The notes under the pieces are model-generated. The model saw nothing but the letters and a program-made list of their open reading frames with translations, had not been told where the DNA came from and did no database searches. Positions 8,226 to 15,688 of a stretch of DNA of 35,188 nucleotides are shown piece after piece; position 1 is the stretch's first letter, and every line of letters starts with the position of its first letter. Made by a program: the position numbers and the translations under genes. Source of the DNA: Patescibacteria group bacterium (GTDB lineage: Bacteria > Patescibacteriota > Minisyncoccia > Phycocordibacterales > JACOZG01); the NCBI GenBank assembly GCA_038064055.1, contig JBBTTW010000035.1, positions 1 through 35,188 of the forward strand. The letters run 5' to 3'.

Positions 8226-8948
8226 TTAATCTTCTTGAAAAATCTTGTCCCATACTTGAAATATCGATGCTAATATAATTACCCAGCCGAATAAAAATAA
8301 AAACGCGTTTTTAACATAAATTAACGATTGCCATTTATACCCCTCCTCTCTTTCCATCTTGAATTGAATCTCGGATTTTGAATAAGGTTTTACACTTATT
8401 TTCGTTGTGCCATTTTCCGTTTCTATTTTAGCTTTACCGAAAGGAAGAACGCCTCGTAATTCTATATCATTTCCTAATTCTGCTATAGAACTCTCAGTGC
8501 CAAAGTATTCACATTTTTTGGAATTAAAAGGAACATATATCTCTGAGGATGTTCCTTTATAAAACAAGTTCACTGAAATCGCGCCACCCTCTTCGCCATC
8601 TAAAAAACCTTCAAGATCATATATTCTTTGATCGTCAAAATATGCTTCGCTATTATTGTGTATACACACATATCCAGGCATCGGTTCAGTTTTTATGTTT
8701 AAAAACCTATAAAGCAACGTCGCCCCTAATGCATCAACATTAGTGGTGATGCTAATTTTTTTGGTCCCCAGTGATTTACTCTGCTCTAGCTTAGCTGGAA
8801 TTTTTTTTGAATTCCATGGTGGTGGAGCACCCGGAGAAGCTAGGATAAGCGGTGGTAAAAAAAGAAACAAAACTAGTAGTGCTTTTTTGTGTCTATTTAG
8901 ATAAAATTTTATATTTGAAATTTTAGTTCTTATACTCTGTGAGCTCAT
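8226..8948 (-). CDS. Hypothetical protein with N-terminal TM/signal and C-terminal TM, likely extracytoplasmic domain
   Basis: 240-aa ORF in AT-rich DNA; ALLVLFLFLPPLILA and AFLFLFGWVIILASIF; two Cys. Confidence 0.75.
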   Translation of the reverse strand: MSSQSIRTKISNIKFYLNRHKKALLVLFLFLPPLILASPGAPPPWNSKKIPAKLEQSKSLGTKKISITTNVDALGATLLYRFLNIKTEPMPGYVCIHNNSEAYFDDQRIYDLEGFLDGEEGGAISVNLFYKGTSSEIYVPFNSKKCEYFGTESSIAELGNDIELRGVLPFGKAKIETENGTTKISVKPYSKSEIQFKMEREEGYKWQSLIYVKNAFLFLFGWVIILASIFQVWDKIFQED

Positions 8949-8952
8949 ATTC

Positions 8953-9024
8953 TGACCCCACGGGGAATCGAACCCCGATTTGAAGCTTGAGAAGCTTCCG
9001 TCCTAACCGTTAGACGATAGGGCC
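8953..9024 (-). tRNA. tRNA-Glu (anticodon CTC), CCA not encoded
   Basis: GGCCCTATCGTCTAACGGTTAGGACGGAAGCTTCTCAAGCTTCAAATCGGGGTTCGATTCCCCGTGGGGTCA; anticodon arm GAAGC-TTCTCAA-GCTTC; T-loop TTCGATT. Confidence 0.96.
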
Positions 9025-9083
9025 TAAAACATTTGCATAGCAAATGTTCGGCCGATCATTCGAGTCTCCGAATGATTTAGGCC
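9021..9083 (-). repeat. Three-way-junction palindromic element, copy 1 (tRNA-Glu leader)
   Basis: GGCCTAA-ATCATTCG/CGAATGAT-CGGCCG-AACATTTGC/GCAAATGTT-TTAGGCC on the minus strand. Confidence 0.8.
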
Positions 9084-9089
9084 AGAAAA

Positions 9090-9119
9090 ATCATAGCATT
9101 TTTGGGTGAGTTATGGCAA
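9090..9119 (-). promoter_or_regulatory. Promoter for tRNA-Glu
   Basis: TTGCCA-18 nt-TATGAT with extended TG; predicted +1 near 9083. Confidence 0.65.
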
Positions 9120-9127
9120 CTCATAAA

Positions 9128-9156
9128 TTGACGGATTGGATATAATCTGTTAGTAT
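9128..9156 (+). promoter_or_regulatory. Promoter for two small plus-strand genes
   Basis: TTGACG-17 nt-TAGTAT with extended TG. Confidence 0.6.
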
Positions 9157-9221
9157 CGAATTGGATTGGAATCGCGTGGTTCCAGCATTTGGACTTTGGC
9201 TTAATTAGGGAGAATCGGCCA

Positions 9222-9488
9222 ATGGGTAAGACAAGGAGCATGACTGAGCTGGGCGCCCCGAAGGGAACAATGAGATTTTTGAAACCGAAGGGCGAACTTC
9301 GCCGACTACAAGAGCGGATCGAGGCCCTTGAGGAAGTGGGTGACCGAATCAAATGGTTGCGCAACATCAACACCGAATGCGGCGACCATAAGAGCGAGGC
9401 AGAGCTCGTGTTCGAACAGGCTCTTATCCGAGCCTTCGAGGAGTGGTTGCGCATGGGTCGCTTGTGCGGCATGGTGGTTGAGAAGTAG
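9222..9488 (+). CDS. Hypothetical helical protein (start uncertain: 9222, 9240 or 9270)
   Basis: AGGGAG upstream of ATG 9222; coiled-coil-like LRRLQERIEALEE; lies between a promoter and a terminator. Confidence 0.55.
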   Translation: MGKTRSMTELGAPKGTMRFLKPKGELRRLQERIEALEEVGDRIKWLRNINTECGDHKSEAELVFEQALIRAFEEWLRMGRLCGMVVEK

Positions 9489-9509
9489 AGTTTTTTTGAA
9501 AGGAAGATT

Positions 9510-9689
9510 ATGCCTCCCACTCTTATCGTAGCGTGGCTCTCTGGCGCAGTTGGCACCGGAATCATGGTCGCCGCCGCCCTCACTCCGAATTGGAGTCGGA
9601 AGGGGCAGAAGCAGGAAATGATGCTCTCCCTAGCTGGAATCATCGCCTTTGGCATCACCATTGTCTCAACCCTCCTTATCCCCAAGTAG
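9510..9689 (+). CDS. 59-aa two-TM membrane protein, absent from the ORF track
   Basis: MPPTLIVAWLSGAVGTGIMVAAALTPNWSRKGQKQEMMLSLAGIIAFGITIVSTLLIPK; AAGGAAG upstream; terminator downstream. Confidence 0.7.
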   Translation: MPPTLIVAWLSGAVGTGIMVAAALTPNWSRKGQKQEMMLSLAGIIAFGITIVSTLLIPK

Positions 9690-9715
9690 CGAATTTCGGC
9701 CCGAGTCGGAATTCT

Positions 9716-9752
9716 AACCCCATTCGTCCGCCTGCGGCGGACGAATGGGGTT
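9716..9752. terminator. Strong terminator hairpin between convergent genes
   Basis: 17-bp perfect stem AACCCCATTCGTCCGCC-TGC-GGCGGACGAATGGGGTT followed by TTATTTTTT. Confidence 0.85.
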
Positions 9753-9769
9753 TTATTTTTTAAAAAATT

Positions 9770-11089
9770 TTACCGCTCTTGCCATTCGGCATCTTGGCGA
9801 ACAAGGAGATCGGCCTTGCGCTCCGGCTCGGCCATAATCTCTTCAACTACTTGCTCGAGCCGCATCGATTGCGACCCTTTGATTAAAATTAAGTCCCCCG
9901 CTCCGAGCAGTCGCTCCACCGCGACGCCGGCCGCCGGCGCTTCGTCGAAGTGGTAGAGTCGTTCGGGCGCGAAGCCCTTAGCTCGCGCCGCCTCGCTTAT
10001 AAATTTGGCGCGGATGCCAATCGTGACGATCACGTTCGCCACGGCCGCCGTTTGCTCACCCACGGCCCGATGAGCTTCGATCGTCTTCGCCCCCAGCTCC
10101 ATCATATCGCCCAAGACGGCGATGCGCCGCCCGGCTACATCAATCGCGCGGAGAGTCTCGAGGGCTTCGGCCATCGCCGCCGGCGAAGCATTATAAGTAT
10201 CGTCAAGAATCATCGAACCCTTAACCCCCTTGAGTAAGCGGAGTCGCCCCGCTGGTGGTAGATAGTTGAGTAGCGCTTCGGCCATCTCAATTAAATTGAA
10301 GTCGAGCCCCAGTCCAACCGCCAAGGCTGCCGCGGCGGCGTAGAGTTGAGGCCGGCCCACTTGCTCCGGCAAGCGGAAGGGTACGGTGTGCCCTCCTTCG
10401 TCGAGCTTGAAGGTGAGTCCCATCGGCTTGCCCCCCTCGTAGTAGAGGTGCTCATTATTCAACCGGAGATCATTACTCGGGCCGAAACCGTAAGTGATAA
10501 CTTTAAGAGCTTTGTTCTTAAATTCATTGGCGAAGTTGTCTCGGGCTTCTCTAATCCGCGCGTCATCACCATTCAAAACGACGAGGCCACCGGGTTTAAC
10601 CAAGTGGAGCAAGAGCAACTTCTCGGCGGCGAGCGCCTCCGGTGAAGCGAAGAATTCGAGATGCACGGGTAAGTCCGGCAAACTGGTTAAGACGGCGGCA
10701 TCGAGCTTGAGCCAGCCCGAGAGGCGCTTAATGTCGCCCGGACGATCGACGCCAATCTCAAGCACGAGCCACTCGGGGTAATCGTGGCGGAAGAGAGCGA
10801 GGGCGAGTCCGGCCCCCAGATTGCGGAGCCAGCTCATTGGCCGGCCCCAAGCATTGGGCCGGCCTAAGATCGAGAGTGGTAAGCCGATCTCACTGTTAAA
10901 GCTCTTCTCGCTTCGGCGCACCTTGAGTCGCTCGTTTAAGACCGTGTAGATTGCTTCCTTGGCACTCGTCTTGCCCACATTGCCGGTTATACCGATGATC
11001 CGTGGGCGGTAGCGACGGAGCACTAGCTTCGCCTCGAAGTCGAGGAGGGAAACGAGCAGGCGGCGGGAAGCTTGTTTTAGTAACTTCAT
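9770..11089 (-). CDS. murF: UDP-N-acetylmuramoyl-tripeptide--D-alanyl-D-alanine ligase
   Basis: GITGNVGKTSAK, SFNSEIGLPL, LEIGVDRPGDI, DDTYNASP, VLGDMMELG, IKGSQSMRLE. Confidence 0.95.
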   Translation of the reverse strand: MKLLKQASRRLLVSLLDFEAKLVLRRYRPRIIGITGNVGKTSAKEAIYTVLNERLKVRRSEKSFNSEIGLPLSILGRPNAWGRPMSWLRNLGAGLALALFRHDYPEWLVLEIGVDRPGDIKRLSGWLKLDAAVLTSLPDLPVHLEFFASPEALAAEKLLLLHLVKPGGLVVLNGDDARIREARDNFANEFKNKALKVITYGFGPSNDLRLNNEHLYYEGGKPMGLTFKLDEGGHTVPFRLPEQVGRPQLYAAAAALAVGLGLDFNLIEMAEALLNYLPPAGRLRLLKGVKGSMILDDTYNASPAAMAEALETLRAIDVAGRRIAVLGDMMELGAKTIEAHRAVGEQTAAVANVIVTIGIRAKFISEAARAKGFAPERLYHFDEAPAAGVAVERLLGAGDLILIKGSQSMRLEQVVEEIMAEPERKADLLVRQDAEWQER

Positions 11090-11103
11090 TTTAATTTAAA
11101 TAT

Positions 11104-12810
11104 TTAACGGTCGGGCGGGACTTGGTAATAGTTAAGCAGAAATTTCGCCAAATGACTAAAGGGTTCGGTGAGCGTCTTCGAAGCATACTCCGCTCCGACT
11201 GGCTCGAGATTATAGAGGAAGACGGTGAAGCGCGGCGCCGAAGCGGGGAAATAGCCGAAGAAGGAGTGGAGGAAGCGATCCGGATCGTAGCCCCGACCTG
11301 TCTCAAGCGGCACTTGAGCCGTACCCGTCTTCGCCGCGATGCGGTAATGGGGCAACTTGGCGCGGCCACCATCGAGCGCTTCGTCGACCACGCGCACCAG
11401 CATATCGGTGATGCGTTTCGACGACTCGGGCTTGATTACTTGCCGGCCCTTCTCAACCGGTAGCACTTTCGTCTCACCCGATTCGTATTTAATCGATTGC
11501 ACCAATTGCGGCCGCACCAAGTAACCGCCGTTCGCGAGTACCGAAAGAGCGACGGTAATGTTGAGCGGGGTCATCGCGATCCCTTGGCCGAAAGACATGT
11601 TCGCAAACTCGAGATCATGACCACTCGTTAAGTTGCCAACGAGTCCGGCTTCTTCGTTCGGCAAGTCAACACCGGTGACCGAACCAATGCCGAAAGCTTC
11701 AAGATAGTCGCGGAAGCGCTCCCGACCGAGAGCCTGCATTACGAAGACGGCTCCCGTATTAAGCGATTGGTTGAGCACCTCCTGCATCGGCACCACCCCG
11801 CGCGCCCGCCCGTCGAAGTTGCTGACCACCTTACCATCAAGCGTGAGACTGCCGGCGTCATTGTAAGTCGTCTTCTCCGTCACCACCCCGGCATCAAGAC
11901 CGGAGGCCATGGTAATCGGCTTCATAATCGAGCCCATCTCATAGACCTTCTCCACCAGCGGATTGGTTAAGTTCGCGAGATCGGCTTGCTTGCCCCCCGG
12001 GTTGAAGTCGGGTCGCGCCGCCATCGCGATAACCTTGCCCGTCGCCGGTTCAAGCACAATGCCACCGACTGACTTGCTCTGCCACTTGGTTTTAATCGCT
12101 TCGAGTTCCGCTTCCAGAAATCTTTGGACGGTTGGTTCGATCGTCGTCACGAGATCCCCCGTCTCACTCTCTTCCGCCAACGCTCCCGTGCCACCGGAAA
12201 AGATTTCCGATAAGAAACTGGTGAAGGCGAGTGGTTGTGCCCGGCGTAAAACGAGTTCGTACTCACTCTCAAGACCATAGCGACCGGCAAATTCATCACC
12301 CTTAAAACCCATAAAGCCAAGAATGTGGGAACCGAGATTGCCGCTCGGGTAAGAACGTTGGTGCTCCTCGAGGATCTGGACGCCGATCAGGTTAAGTTGC
12401 TTCACGGCCTTCGCTTCCGCCTCGGTTAAATCTTTCCGCACCTCTTCGTAACGATCATCGGCTCTGGCACTCTGTGCAAAAAATTTCGTCTCATCGAGAT
12501 CGGGAAAAACGGTTTTCAGCCCAGCTAACACTACGTCGGGATTAGTAATCAACCCCGGATCAATAACGAGATCATAATGACTCTCAAGCGTGGCGGCGGC
12601 GGCGAGGGTACCATCTTTCGCCTGCCAGAAGATGCTGCCCCGATTGAAGGTCTGGTTGAAGAGATTCTCATTCTGCTCTTCGGCGGTGGCCCGATACTCC
12701 CCCCCGAAGACGATTTGGATCAAAAAAAGTCTCGTCGCGAGTAATAAACCAACGAGGACAAAGAAGCTGGAGATTAGGTTGAGCCGGCGGGCGGATTGAC
12801 TATTGACCAT
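11104..12810 (-). CDS. ftsI: Class B penicillin-binding protein, division (FtsI/PBP3)
   Basis: N-terminal TM; RGSI, GRYGLE; SIMK, SLN, KTG motifs; dcw position. Confidence 0.9.
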   Translation of the reverse strand: MVNSQSARRLNLISSFFVLVGLLLATRLFLIQIVFGGEYRATAEEQNENLFNQTFNRGSIFWQAKDGTLAAAATLESHYDLVIDPGLITNPDVVLAGLKTVFPDLDETKFFAQSARADDRYEEVRKDLTEAEAKAVKQLNLIGVQILEEHQRSYPSGNLGSHILGFMGFKGDEFAGRYGLESEYELVLRRAQPLAFTSFLSEIFSGGTGALAEESETGDLVTTIEPTVQRFLEAELEAIKTKWQSKSVGGIVLEPATGKVIAMAARPDFNPGGKQADLANLTNPLVEKVYEMGSIMKPITMASGLDAGVVTEKTTYNDAGSLTLDGKVVSNFDGRARGVVPMQEVLNQSLNTGAVFVMQALGRERFRDYLEAFGIGSVTGVDLPNEEAGLVGNLTSGHDLEFANMSFGQGIAMTPLNITVALSVLANGGYLVRPQLVQSIKYESGETKVLPVEKGRQVIKPESSKRITDMLVRVVDEALDGGRAKLPHYRIAAKTGTAQVPLETGRGYDPDRFLHSFFGYFPASAPRFTVFLYNLEPVGAEYASKTLTEPFSHLAKFLLNYYQVPPDR

Positions 12811-13129
12811 GACTCGCCTCCGTCTTCAAAGCCAAGGTCGGCGTCGGAATGAGAGCAAAGGAGGCGTTAAGACCCGCTTCTTCGAAGCCGAGGTTGTAGG
12901 CGAGCTCGATGGTAACCGTCTTCGCTAGGTCAGAGTGGCGGCTCTCGAGTTGGCCGATGGCGAGGCGGAGATCCTCTCGATCATGGAGTAAGCTCTGACG
13001 CTCGGCGGCGTTGAAGATGACGTCGTTAATGAGGAAAACGTAGCTCCCGAGGAGCAGCGCGAGGCCAAGTAAGGCCAGCCAAAAAACCTTCTGGTCAAGC
13101 GATTCAATTTTCAAAACTTTGGTGGTCAT
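12800..13129 (-). CDS. FtsL-like cell division protein
   Basis: 109 aa, one TM plus coiled coil ending AYNLGF; between rsmH and ftsI. Confidence 0.65.
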   Translation of the reverse strand: MTTKVLKIESLDQKVFWLALLGLALLLGSYVFLINDVIFNAAERQSLLHDREDLRLAIGQLESRHSDLAKTVTIELAYNLGFEEAGLNASFALIPTPTLALKTEASHGQ

Positions 13130-14013
13130 AATTTTTTAATGATTCTTAAAGTAGCGCTTCGGGCGCGGGGATTATTTTTAACTTCGGTAAAAGTTGGTTT
13201 GATCGCGTGGCGTGTTAAGATCTCGCCTTCATCATTTGCCGCCAGGTCGCGGAAGAAATTCTTAACCAATCTCGCCTCGCCACTATGGAAAGCGATGACG
13301 GCGAGACGCCCCTCGGGAGCCAAACGTCCCCAAGCCGCCGCGAGTCCGGCCACAATCGCGCCGTACTCATCATTGGTGGCGATCCGCAGCGCTTGGAAGA
13401 TCTTGGTGGCGAAGTGGCGGCGACGCTTGGGGCTCTTGTACCAAGCCGGTACGGCGCTCCGGATCACTTCGACTAGCGCTCCCGTCGTAACGATCGGGCT
13501 CGCGCGTCGCCTAGCGACGATCGCCTTAGCTACGACCTGACTAAACTCCTCCTCGCCGTAAGTTTGGAACATTTCGACGAGCTCTCGCTCGGGCAGTTGA
13601 GCTAGAAGATCGGCCGCGGTGCGGCCCGTTCCTTCCGCCTCGTAAGTCATAAGAAGCGGCTCGTCGGTTTGGAAGGAGAAGCCTCGCCCCGAACCAACTA
13701 ATTGGTCGGAGGAGAAGCCAAGATCAAAGAGCGCGCGGTCGATGGCGGTGACGCCAAGTCTATCTAGCACCGCCTCAAGATCGCGGAAGTTCGCTACCTC
13801 GAAACTGTGCTTCCCTGACACGGCCGCGAGCCGCTCGCGGACTCGGGCCACCGCTTTAGCATCGCGATCGATGGCGATGAGGTGACCTTCCGGAATCGCC
13901 TGCGCGATCGCCTCACTGTGACCACCACCACCGGTCGTAGCATCAAGCACCGTTAATGACGGGGTGAGATCTAAGCCAGCTATTACCGATTGTAAAAGAA
14001 CAGGTTCGTGCAT
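13126..14013 (-). CDS. rsmH: 16S rRNA m4C1402 methyltransferase
   Basis: HEPVLL, DATTGGGGHS, DLGFSSDQL, RGFSF, FQALRIATNDE, FHSGE, NPRARSA. Confidence 0.97.
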   Translation of the reverse strand: MHEPVLLQSVIAGLDLTPSLTVLDATTGGGGHSEAIAQAIPEGHLIAIDRDAKAVARVRERLAAVSGKHSFEVANFRDLEAVLDRLGVTAIDRALFDLGFSSDQLVGSGRGFSFQTDEPLLMTYEAEGTGRTAADLLAQLPERELVEMFQTYGEEEFSQVVAKAIVARRRASPIVTTGALVEVIRSAVPAWYKSPKRRRHFATKIFQALRIATNDEYGAIVAGLAAAWGRLAPEGRLAVIAFHSGEARLVKNFFRDLAANDEGEILTRHAIKPTFTEVKNNPRARSATLRIIKKL

Positions 14014-14022
14014 GGTGCGAGG

Positions 14023-14457
14023 TTAGAAGACGCCAATCTCCCCCAACTTCTCAGCCAAAAGGTCGGCTTGCCGTTCGAGCTTCTTCGTCTCCCCTTGCCA
14101 GCGCTCTTCGTCCCAAATCTCCAGCCGATCATTCACCCCCGTGATCACGACCTTCGTCTTCAACTGGGCGAAACTCTTGAGAAAGTCTGGTAAGAGGATG
14201 CGCCCCATCGCGTCGACGTCCGTTTGGACCGCCCCCGCGAGGAAGAATCGAATGAAGCTCCGCGTATCGGCCTGACCTTGGGCTAAGTGGGACAACTTCT
14301 CCATAATCCCCTGCCACGACTTAACGGTGTAAACAAAGAGGCAGGTATCGAGACCGCGAGTGAGTACCACCTTCCGCCCGAGTAACCGTCGAAACTGAGC
14401 GGGCAGGGCCACCCGTTTCTTCAGATCAATGGCGTGGCGATACTCACCGATTAGCAT
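14023..14457 (-). CDS. mraZ: Transcriptional repressor MraZ
   Basis: MLIGEYRHAIDLKKRVALP, TRGLDTCL, DAMGRILLP, RLEIW. Confidence 0.97.
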   Translation of the reverse strand: MLIGEYRHAIDLKKRVALPAQFRRLLGRKVVLTRGLDTCLFVYTVKSWQGIMEKLSHLAQGQADTRSFIRFFLAGAVQTDVDAMGRILLPDFLKSFAQLKTKVVITGVNDRLEIWDEERWQGETKKLERQADLLAEKLGEIGVF

Positions 14458-14471
14458 AAAATTTTCATCCC

Positions 14472-14524
14472 CTAAATCCGCTTTCGGCGGATCGGGCGAC
14501 CATTTTTGATAAAAAATGGTTTAG
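14472..14524 (-). repeat. Three-way-junction palindromic element, copy 2 (mraZ leader)
   Basis: CTAA-ACCATTTTT/AAAAATGGT-CGCCCG-ATCCGC/GCGGAT-TTAG on the minus strand. Confidence 0.75.
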
Positions 14525-14576
14525 CCACTTCAACCCACTACCATAGAATTATAAACCACTCTCCCCCACCCGCCAA
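14525..14576 (-). promoter_or_regulatory. mraZ promoter with GTGG MraZ-type operator repeats
   Basis: TTGGCG(14571-14576)-17 nt-TATAAT(14548-14553); CCAC on plus at 14525, 14535, 14556, 14566 (10-bp spacing within pairs). Confidence 0.8.
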
Positions 14577-14581
14577 CAAAC

Positions 14582-14590
14582 TTATCCACA
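14582..14590 (+). promoter_or_regulatory. Consensus DnaA box
   Basis: TTATCCACA, 5 bp from the mraZ -35. Confidence 0.55.
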
Positions 14591-14603
14591 GGGATATTTA
14601 AGG

Positions 14604-14620
14604 CTTGGTTTAGGGTCGGA
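14604..14620. repeat. Direct repeat, left copy (TTGGTTT-AGGGTCGGA)
   Basis: Matches 15164-15180 except for a 1-nt indel. Confidence 0.6.
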
Positions 14621-14629
14621 TTTTTGAGC

Positions 14630-14658
14630 TTGACAAAGAGACTGTTTGGGTGTATAAT
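14630..14658 (+). promoter_or_regulatory. Perfect consensus sigma70 promoter
   Basis: TTGACA-17 nt-TATAAT. Confidence 0.85.
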
Positions 14659-14732
14659 AGGAAGAGAATAGTCAGTAGGTTGAATCACGTGATTCTGACC
14701 TAGCTGTTGTCAAAAAAAGAAAGGGAAATGCA

Positions 14733-15050
14733 ATGACAAAATTGCAAAAATTCGGATTGGTTTTCGCCCTGGCTTGCTTCGTGTCCCTCATGGTGTTCGG
14801 AGCGATGCTTCCGAGCACGACAAGAGTTTGGAAAGGTGAGGAAGCCACTATTGTTGGTGGACCGGGGTACGAACGGGGGGAGCTTCTTGTTTCCGTCATG
14901 CCGATTGAGACGGGGAGGAAACCGCGGCCGGAGTCTTGGTTTGTGAAGGCCTCATGCCCCAACCCCTGGCTCAAGAAAGGCGACAAGGTTCGTCTTTACA
15001 CCAAACAAATCTGGGGCAAGCCAGTCGCATTTGTTGGAGAAGTGTTCTAA
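14733..15050 (+). CDS. Hypothetical protein, N-terminal TM plus small beta-rich domain
   Basis: 105 aa; AAAGGGA upstream; own promoter; hairpin downstream; LKKGDKVRLY suggests an OB-like fold (weak). Confidence 0.75.
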   Translation: MTKLQKFGLVFALACFVSLMVFGAMLPSTTRVWKGEEATIVGGPGYERGELLVSVMPIETGRKPRPESWFVKASCPNPWLKKGDKVRLYTKQIWGKPVAFVGEVF

Positions 15051-15104
15051 CACCTCTCCAACCACGGTTAGGGTCTGACAACCGCGCAAGCAAAAAGTCA
15101 GCAC

Positions 15105-15129
15105 ACACCACACTCAATGAGCGTGGTGT
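15105..15129. terminator. Probable terminator between the plus-strand orphan and the TA operon
   Basis: ACACCAC-A-CTC-AAT-GAG-C-GTGGTGT followed by TTTCTT. Confidence 0.55.
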
Positions 15130-15163
15130 TTTCTTATGCAAAAATTTTCTGGCGATTAATTCT

Positions 15164-15180
15164 TTGGTTTCAGGGTCGGA
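15164..15180. repeat. Direct repeat, right copy (TTGGTTTCAGGGTCGGA)
   Basis: Matches 14605-14620 except for a 1-nt indel. Confidence 0.6.
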
Positions 15181-15212
15181 AAGTAGATGACTTCGCGGAG
15201 GTTAAATTTGGA

Positions 15213-15488
15213 TTATTTCCGATAGGCCGAACCACGCCAGTTAATTTCGATGACATGAACAAAATTCACCTCGAAATTAATTTTAAAAACGATTCTTAAT
15301 TTTCCATTACGGATCCGGAAATGGTCTTCATATGGCGGATGAAGTTTTTTCAGATCGAGGTTAATAGTCTCACCGGACATTTTCTTTATCGCGCTAGTAA
15401 CTGCTTCAATCACCGTTGTCTCGGGGAGGTGATTTTTTCGAAGGAACTTCAATGATTCTCTGGAGAGGGCGATCTCCCACTGATTCAT
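15213..15488 (-). CDS. RelE/ParE-family type II toxin
   Basis: 91 aa; WEIALSRESLKFL, KKLH, FRIRNGKLRIVF, INWRGSAY. Confidence 0.85.
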   Translation of the reverse strand: MNQWEIALSRESLKFLRKNHLPETTVIEAVTSAIKKMSGETINLDLKKLHPPYEDHFRIRNGKLRIVFKINFEVNFVHVIEINWRGSAYRK

Positions 15489-15682
15489 AGCGACAGACGA
15501 ACCTTTCTCCCAATTGAACGATCAGCCTTGAGCAATGATTTTTCAATTTCTTTTTGCTCCTTCTTACTAATAGTAGGCAGAGCTAAAGACCGAAGTCGCA
15601 TTAACTCCGAGGCTAGAGTGGCCCGAACACTTTCAGACACAATCTGGCGCAAATTATTTTTGGTGATAGTTAGGCTTTCCAT
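15485..15682 (-). CDS. Putative cognate antitoxin
   Basis: 65 aa, 4-nt ATGA overlap with the toxin, own promoter. Confidence 0.7.
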   Translation of the reverse strand: MESLTITKNNLRQIVSESVRATLASELMRLRSLALPTISKKEQKEIEKSLLKADRSIGRKVRLSL

Positions 15683-15688
15683 TTCCTC

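Noticed and set aside
7446-8978. tRNA-anchored integrative island with att duplication (AACCCCGA at 7446 and 8971)
   Set aside because: Only an 8-bp match, not the tRNA 3' terminus, and no integrase; compatible with chance
9021-9083. Integron attC site
   Set aside because: Ends are CTAAA/TTTAG rather than RYYYAAC/GTTRRRY, the fold is branched rather than one long hairpin, and no intI is present
9077-9685. 202-aa minus-strand ORF
   Set aside because: Antisense to two plus-strand ORFs that have a promoter, RBS-like sites and a terminator; also runs over promoters
14582-14590. Replication origin
   Set aside because: Single DnaA box, no box cluster, and no dnaA/dnaN nearby
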